From assembly GCA_046758965.1 (NCBI GenBank), contig JBHIBG010000088.1, forward strand, positions 1 through 11,276: a stretch of DNA of 11,276 nucleotides, in the 5' to 3' direction. Below, piece by piece: positions 6,256 to 11,276 of this stretch (positions within the stretch are counted from its first letter, which is position 1; each line of letters opens with the position of its first letter). A model generated the notes under the pieces. The model did no database searches. It was given only the letters and a program-made list of their open reading frames with translations, and was not told where the DNA came from. A program made the position numbers and the translations under genes. This DNA comes from Candidatus Methylomirabilia bacterium (GTDB lineage Bacteria; Methylomirabilota; Methylomirabilia; Rokubacteriales; CSP1-6).

Positions 6256-7580
6256 TGGCTACTCGTCATCTGATCATTGGGGGCGGCACCGCCGGGCTCA
6301 ACGCGATGCGGACCATCCGTGAGGAGCAGGCCGACGGCGCCGAGATCGTTCTGGTCTCCGCCGAACGGCCGTACTCCCGCATGGTGCTCCCGTATTATCT
6401 CGGGCGCTCCATCGCTGAATCCCACGTCTACACCGCAACCCCGGCCAAGCTGGCTCACTGGGGCGTCAAGAGCTACATCGGCCGGCGCGCGGCGTCCCTG
6501 GATCCCAAGGCCGGCAAGCTGACGCTCGATGACGGCACCGTGGTCGAGTACGACGACTGCATGATCGCTACCGGCTCCTCCCCCGTCAGGCCGCCGATCC
6601 CGGGCGCGGACGGCCCCGGCATCCATTCGTTCTGGACGCTAGAACAGGCCCGGGGCGTCATCCGCGAGCTCAAGGCTGGCTCCCACGTGGTCATGGTGGG
6701 GGCCGGGTTCATCGCCTTCACCATCCTGAACTCCATCCTGGCTCTCGGGGCCAAGCTCACCATCGTCGAGATCGCGCCGCGGATCCTCCCCCGGATGGTC
6801 GACCAGGCCGGCGCCGAGATCGTGGAGGCCTGGCTCAAGAAGCACGGTGTGGAGATTCGCACCGGGGCGAAGCTCAAGAGGATCGAGGAGGCCAGGGGCA
6901 AGCGGCGCCTCCACTTCGAGAGGGGGAAAGACCTCGTGGCGGACGTGGTCATCATGGCTACGGGGATCAAGACAAATCTCGAATGGCTCGCCGGCTCGGG
7001 GATCCGGGTCAATGGCGGGGTGGTGGTGGACGACCACCTCCGCTCCAACTTCCCGAACGTCTACGCCGCCGGAGATGTGGCCGAGGGACGGAACCTGGTG
7101 ACCGGGCGCTCGGAAGTCCACGCGATCGAGCCCACCGCCATGGAGCACGGCCGCGTCGTCGGGGCCCAGATGGCCGGGCGCCAGCTCAGCTACCCGGGCA
7201 GCCTCCTCATGAACATCGTGGGCGTGTGCAAGCTTGAGGTGGCCAGCTTCGGGGCCTGGGACGACCCGGGCGCCGAGGCCATGGTCGAGCTCCGTCCGGA
7301 TCGGGCCGCCTACCGCAAGCTTCTCTGGAAGGAGGATCGGGTCACCGGCGCCATCATCATTGGCCGGAGCGCGGAGGTCTGGCCGAGCAACGACGTGGGG
7401 ATGCTCAAGGGGCTCGTGCAGTCCGGCGTGCGCGTGGGTCCCTGGAAGGAGCATCTCCGCAAGCGCCTCTTCGATATCAAACCGGCTTTCACGGCCTCGT
7501 CCACGACGGCAACACTCTTGCCACAGACCATTCTCGGGCGGCCGTCCCTGTCGCCCGGGCGTGCGGGAGCCTCGGTATGA
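6255..7580 (+). CDS. FAD-dependent pyridine nucleotide oxidoreductase (Pyr_redox_2; NirB N-terminal/AorC-like)
   Basis: IIGGGTAG FAD motif, PYSR, IATGS, VGAGFIA..IVE NAD(P) fold, ATG and VYAAGD. ATGA overlap with the next gene. Confidence 0.92.
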   Translation: MATRHLIIGGGTAGLNAMRTIREEQADGAEIVLVSAERPYSRMVLPYYLGRSIAESHVYTATPAKLAHWGVKSYIGRRAASLDPKAGKLTLDDGTVVEYDDCMIATGSSPVRPPIPGADGPGIHSFWTLEQARGVIRELKAGSHVVMVGAGFIAFTILNSILALGAKLTIVEIAPRILPRMVDQAGAEIVEAWLKKHGVEIRTGAKLKRIEEARGKRRLHFERGKDLVADVVIMATGIKTNLEWLAGSGIRVNGGVVVDDHLRSNFPNVYAAGDVAEGRNLVTGRSEVHAIEPTAMEHGRVVGAQMAGRQLSYPGSLLMNIVGVCKLEVASFGAWDDPGAEAMVELRPDRAAYRKLLWKEDRVTGAIIIGRSAEVWPSNDVGMLKGLVQSGVRVGPWKEHLRKRLFDIKPAFTASSTTATLLPQTILGRPSLSPGRAGASV

Positions 7581-9496
7581 CCGGAACACAGGCAGTGCGG
7601 ACAGCGAAGAGAGAAGTCGGCCGCCCTCTGCCGGGCGGCTACGCGGGGAAGCTGCTCAGGGTCGACCTGTCACGCGGGCGCTGCTGGAGCGTGCCGTGGA
7701 GCCCCGAGGAGATGCGCAGCTATCTCGGGGGCGTCGGACTCGGGGCCAAGATCCTCTACGATGAGGTCCGCCCTCGGGTCAGTTGGGACCACCCGGACAA
7801 CCGCCTGATCATGGCCACGGGGCCCCTCGCGGGGCTCCCGGTCTGGGGGACGGGCGGGCTCACCGTGGTCACGCGCGGGGCCCAGACCAACGGGGCCACC
7901 TCCACCCAGGCCAACGGGTTCTTCGGGGCCGCGCTCAAGTGCTCCGGCTACGACGCCATCGTGATCCAGGGCCAGGCACGGCGCTGGGTCTACCTCTATA
8001 TAAACGATGACACGGTGGAGCTCCGGGACGCCCGCCACCTCCTGGGAAAGGACACCTGGGAGACTCAGGATACCCTCTCCGCCGAGCTCGGCCTCTCCGG
8101 GCACCAGCTCAGCGTTTACTCGACTGGTCCTGCGGGCGAGAACCTGGTCAGATTCGCGGCCATCCAGGGCGACTACGGGCATGTGGCCTCGAAGAACGGC
8201 TGTGGCGCCGTCATGGGGAAGAAGCGCCTCAAGGCCGTAGCCATCGTGCGGGGGACCGGAGGCGTGGCAGCCGCCGACCCGCGCGGCATCTTCCAGGCTG
8301 CCGATGACATCGCCCACGACCTCAAGACCAATCCGGCGGCCCGTTCCCTGTACGAGTACGGCACGCTCACGGCCGTGGTGGGCCTCCACAAGCTGGGCGC
8401 GCTGCCGATCAAGAACTACACGACCAACGAGGCCCCCGAGGGCGCTGACCTCGGCCGGTGGGAGGCACCCGTCCTGCGCCAGGGGTTCGACCACCGGGGG
8501 CATCAGTGCAGCGCCTGCGGCATGCACCACTGCCAGATGCAGGTCATCCCCTCTGGCAAGCACAAGGGCGAGATCGTGGACGAGCCGGAGTACGAAGGGT
8601 GGGCCGGCGCCGGCTGGACGATCGGGCTCACCGACCCCGTGGCCGTCTCCTGGCTCAACACTCAGGTCGACCGCGCCTGCGTGGACGTCAACGAGTTCGG
8701 CTGGATCGTCGGCTGGGTCATGGAGTGCCAGGAGAAGGGGTACATCACGAAGGAGCAGCTGGGGTTCCGGCTCAAGTGGGGGGATGCCGAGGGCGCCCAC
8801 CGGGTGCTCCAGATGATCAGCCAGCGCCAGGGCTTCGGGGACATCCTCGCCGAAGGGGTGAAGCGGGCGGCGGAGCGCCTGGGTGGTCCCGCGCAGGAGT
8901 GCGCCATCTACATCATGAAGGGCGCCAGTCCGCGCGGCCACGACCACCGCGCCCGCTGGGACGAGATGCTCGATACCTGCACCTCGAGCACGGGAACCCT
9001 CGAGACCGGCGTTCCCGTGCACCCGCAGGAGGTCGGCCAGCCCGCGCGCATCAACATCTTCGACGGCGAGGAGGTGGCCAAGCTAGTGGCGGGGCTCCTC
9101 GGGCGGCGCCACTTCGAGGACTCCCTGGGGATCTGTATCTTCACCACCCGCACCCGGCTCGAGCTCGTGTGCCGCGCCCTCTCTGCGGCGACGGGCTGGA
9201 CCTACACCCTCGAGGAGTGCCTCCGCTTCGGGCGGCGCACAGCCGCCCTCCTTCGCGCCTTCAACCTCCGCTGCGGCATCGGCCCCGAGCTCGAGCGGCC
9301 CTCGAAGCGCTATGCCTCCACCCCGGTGAACGGCCCCGCCAAGGGCCAGGCCGTGAGCGAGCAGTGGGACACGATGCTGGAGATCTGGTACCGGGACCTG
9401 GGCTATGACCGGAAGACCGGCAAGCCCCTGCCCGCGACGCTCAAGAAGTTGGGGCTGGAGGCCTTAGTCCCGGATCTCTGGGGGAAGAGGCGGTGA
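7577..9496 (+). CDS. Tungsten-dependent aldehyde:ferredoxin oxidoreductase (AOR/WOR) family catalytic subunit
   Basis: GYAGKLLRVDLS, GGVGLG, LK.SGYDAIVIQG, GPAGENLVRFA, GAVMGKKRLKA, CxxCx4C, EPEYE, GDILAEG and DSLGIC; 639 aa. Confidence 0.94.
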   Translation: MTGTQAVRTAKREVGRPLPGGYAGKLLRVDLSRGRCWSVPWSPEEMRSYLGGVGLGAKILYDEVRPRVSWDHPDNRLIMATGPLAGLPVWGTGGLTVVTRGAQTNGATSTQANGFFGAALKCSGYDAIVIQGQARRWVYLYINDDTVELRDARHLLGKDTWETQDTLSAELGLSGHQLSVYSTGPAGENLVRFAAIQGDYGHVASKNGCGAVMGKKRLKAVAIVRGTGGVAAADPRGIFQAADDIAHDLKTNPAARSLYEYGTLTAVVGLHKLGALPIKNYTTNEAPEGADLGRWEAPVLRQGFDHRGHQCSACGMHHCQMQVIPSGKHKGEIVDEPEYEGWAGAGWTIGLTDPVAVSWLNTQVDRACVDVNEFGWIVGWVMECQEKGYITKEQLGFRLKWGDAEGAHRVLQMISQRQGFGDILAEGVKRAAERLGGPAQECAIYIMKGASPRGHDHRARWDEMLDTCTSSTGTLETGVPVHPQEVGQPARINIFDGEEVAKLVAGLLGRRHFEDSLGICIFTTRTRLELVCRALSAATGWTYTLEECLRFGRRTAALLRAFNLRCGIGPELERPSKRYASTPVNGPAKGQAVSEQWDTMLEIWYRDLGYDRKTGKPLPATLKKLGLEALVPDLWGKRR

Positions 9497-9798
9497 GTCT
9501 CACCGTGCCCGTGGAAGCCGTCGCATGGATCAACAAGTTCGTCGGCGGCGACGGCACCGGGAGGAAAGTGTTCGAGGAGCCGATCGGCAACGGGGAGACG
9601 GTACGGGACGTCCTCCGTCGCCTCTCCGAGCGGTTTCCCGAGCTGGACCATACGCTCTGGGACGAGTCCAGAGAGGAGCTCGGCGAGCACATCGAGGTAC
9701 TGGTCAACGACGCCGTCCTGGGCATCGCCCACACCCTCGACTCCGAGCTCAAGCCCGGCGACCGCATCGCGCTGGTCGGCCAGTACATGGGCGGATAA
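9493..9798 (+). CDS. moaD: MoaD/ThiS-family ubiquitin-like sulfur carrier
   Basis: GTGA overlap with the AOR stop. TVRDVL..L..RFPEL, VLVN, LKPGDRIAL and C-terminal Gly-Gly. Confidence 0.88.
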   Translation: MSLTVPVEAVAWINKFVGGDGTGRKVFEEPIGNGETVRDVLRRLSERFPELDHTLWDESREELGEHIEVLVNDAVLGIAHTLDSELKPGDRIALVGQYMGG

Positions 9799-9898
9799 CC
9801 CCCCTCAGGTTCCTGGGTAGTCGAGTGCTTTGAGGACGATATTACCCCGGGAAGGGTATGTGCTAATCATGGGTTTAGCGCCACATGGGGTAGACATC

Positions 9899-9927
9899 TT
9901 GACAGGCGTCGCGAGATCTAGTAGTTT
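9899..9927 (+). promoter_or_regulatory. Sigma70 promoter of the methyltransferase
   Basis: TTGACA (9899-9904), 17-nt spacer, TAGTTT (9922-9927). Confidence 0.65.
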
Positions 9928-9962
9928 TGGGTCCGCCAGCCAGGGAATGAGCTGCCTGCACT

Positions 9963-11021
9963 TTGGAGAATAGGTCGACCACAGGCGTAGGGGGGAAGGT
10001 GGGGGGACGAAGGCGAGAGCCAAAGATCGAGGCAAAGTTCGATGAGAAGCGTCGTGCTTTGTCGCGTAACCCGGCGATTCTCAAGACCGCGCATTGGATT
10101 TATCTTGGTGACGCCCGGGTAATGGAAGAGCTACATTCCGAGCCCTTCGTACACCTTGTGGTGACCTCTCCTCCGTACTGGAATTTGAAGGAGTACCCGG
10201 GGCTCTCCGGCCAGCTCGGCAACTTGGCGAGTTACCGGGAGTTCCTCAGCGAACTGCGGCGCGTATGGGCGCGCTGTTTTCAGTTACTAGTTTCCGGTGG
10301 AAGGCTGTGCGTCGTCGTAGGTGATGTGTGCTTGTCGCGACGGAAGGCAGGCCGTCACAGTGTTGTTCCTCTTCACGCCGATATCTCCAGGGATTGCGTC
10401 GAGATCGGGTTTGACTACCTGAGTCCGATTTTCTGGTACAAGATCGCGAATGCTGCCACTGAGGTCACGGGCAACGGCACGACTTTCCTAGGCAAACCGT
10501 ACGAACCGAATGCTGTCCTGAAGAATGATGTGGAGTATATCCTCATTTTCCGCAAGCCTGGATCCTATCGGACGCCCACACCTGAGCAGCGAGTCCTGAG
10601 CGTCATCGACCGAAAGGACCACGATAGGTGGTTTCGGCAGGTCTGGGCGGACGTTCCCGGGCAGGCGAGGGTGCAGGGCCATCCCGCGCCATTCCCCAAG
10701 GAACTTGCCTTCCGTCTGATCAGCATGTTTTCCTTTGTTGGGGATACCGTTCTCGATCCCTTTTGGGGGACTGGAACAACGACCGCCGCAGCCATCGAGG
10801 CACATCGTTCGAGCATCGGGTACGAGATCGAGCCACACTACCTGGGAATCGGCAGGGCGCGCTTCCGCCAGATCACCCTGGGTACCCGAGTCCATTTCTT
10901 CAGTCCTGGGTTAGACGACATTCCCTCGGAGGCTGCCCATCCCCCCCGGGGGGCCTCGCCGCTTGACAGGGCGTTCACCGCGGAGGGCTCACGTGATGTC
11001 CGCGCCCTCGCGGTTCGTTGA
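9963..11021 (+). CDS. Site-specific DNA methyltransferase, N6_N4_Mtase family, beta class (probably N4-cytosine)
   Basis: Motif IV VVTSPPY precedes HPAPFP and motif I VLDPFWGTGTT..IGYEI. Start uncertain (TTG9963 or GTG9999). Confidence 0.92.
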   Translation: MENRSTTGVGGKVGGRRREPKIEAKFDEKRRALSRNPAILKTAHWIYLGDARVMEELHSEPFVHLVVTSPPYWNLKEYPGLSGQLGNLASYREFLSELRRVWARCFQLLVSGGRLCVVVGDVCLSRRKAGRHSVVPLHADISRDCVEIGFDYLSPIFWYKIANAATEVTGNGTTFLGKPYEPNAVLKNDVEYILIFRKPGSYRTPTPEQRVLSVIDRKDHDRWFRQVWADVPGQARVQGHPAPFPKELAFRLISMFSFVGDTVLDPFWGTGTTTAAAIEAHRSSIGYEIEPHYLGIGRARFRQITLGTRVHFFSPGLDDIPSEAAHPPRGASPLDRAFTAEGSRDVRALAVR

Positions 11022-11244
11022 GCACCTCCGGCAGCACGGCTATCACCCTCGATCGAGCGCACACGGCAATGCGCTGTGTGAACTTGTCTTGGAGGACCTG
11101 TTGACATCCTGCCCGGGGCTTGCAGAGCATGCAGCCCAGGCGAAATTGGTCTACGACCTCAACCGGAAAATCATCGTCGGGGGCAACGAATGGAACATAG
11201 ATGTAGCAGGGCTTCGCCCTAATGCGTATTCCGGCGCATCCTGA
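10996..11244 (+). pseudogene. Methyltransferase-associated protein (putative restriction endonuclease), apparently interrupted by an IS
   Basis: GGAGG at 10982-10986, then GTG10993/ATG10996. Overlaps the MTase 3' end by 26 nt. Globular-looking YHPRSSAHG..C..VLEDLL..CP sequence. The stop (11242-11244) lies inside the IS-like repeat. Confidence 0.5.
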
Positions 11245-11276
11245 TCGCTGATTCCGATCCATCCTGATCGCCGATT
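11223..11276. mobile_element. Terminal region of an IS21-family insertion sequence (IS408/IS1162-like end), continuing beyond the window
   Basis: Begins TGCGTATTCCGG and carries 23-nt tandem units, the multi-repeat architecture of IS21 ends. No transposase inside the window. Confidence 0.7.
11228..11276 (+). repeat. 23-nt imperfect tandem repeat (two copies plus the start of a third)
   Basis: ATTCCGGCGCATCCTGATCGCTG (11228-11250) and ATTCCGATCCATCCTGATCGCCG (11251-11273), 19/23 identical, followed by ATT. Confidence 0.9.

Noticed and set aside
7670..9022. Long antisense or alternative-frame ORFs (also 380-1123, 2419-3267, 4205-4894, 6639-7589 and 8458-9408)
   Set aside because: Shadow ORFs produced by high GC3 in well-supported genes, with no motifs of their own.
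10963..10968. TTGACA as an internal promoter, or TTG10963 as the start of the downstream gene
   Set aside because: No -10 at 16-18 nt, and the GGAGG at 10982-10986 supports GTG10993/ATG10996 instead.
11228..11276. CRISPR array
   Set aside because: The units are directly adjacent with no unique spacers, there are no cas genes, and the pattern fits IS21 terminal repeats.
1..11276. tRNA or rRNA genes
   Set aside because: No cloverleaf, T-loop or rRNA-like segment was seen in the intergenic regions by eye.

Overview
GC-rich bacterial window (taxon cannot be fixed from sequence) with four blocks. (1) 1-~3800: the 5' end of a divergent membrane-protein gene, then a Tat-signal DUF3179 protein, a membrane protein with a vicinal Cys-Cys pair, a CzcD-type CDF metal exporter, and a cytochrome c'-like gene that lacks its CxxCH end. 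(2) 3852-5332, minus strand: a decayed LLM-class flavin oxidoreductase (1-nt frameshift plus a large internal deletion), an Amidohydro_2 hydrolase, and a 34-aa single-TM ORF not in the ORF track. (3) 5455-9798: a mostly translationally coupled operon of a GYD protein, a 4x[4Fe-4S] subunit, an FAD/NAD(P) oxidoreductase, a tungsten AOR/WOR-family oxidoreductase with non-canonical motifs, and MoaD/ThiS. (4) 9899-11276: a lower-GC beta-class (SPPY) DNA methyltransferase with a near-consensus sigma70 promoter, and an overlapping putative endonuclease gene cut by what looks like an IS21-family end at the window edge. All family assignments come from motif recognition; no searches were run.
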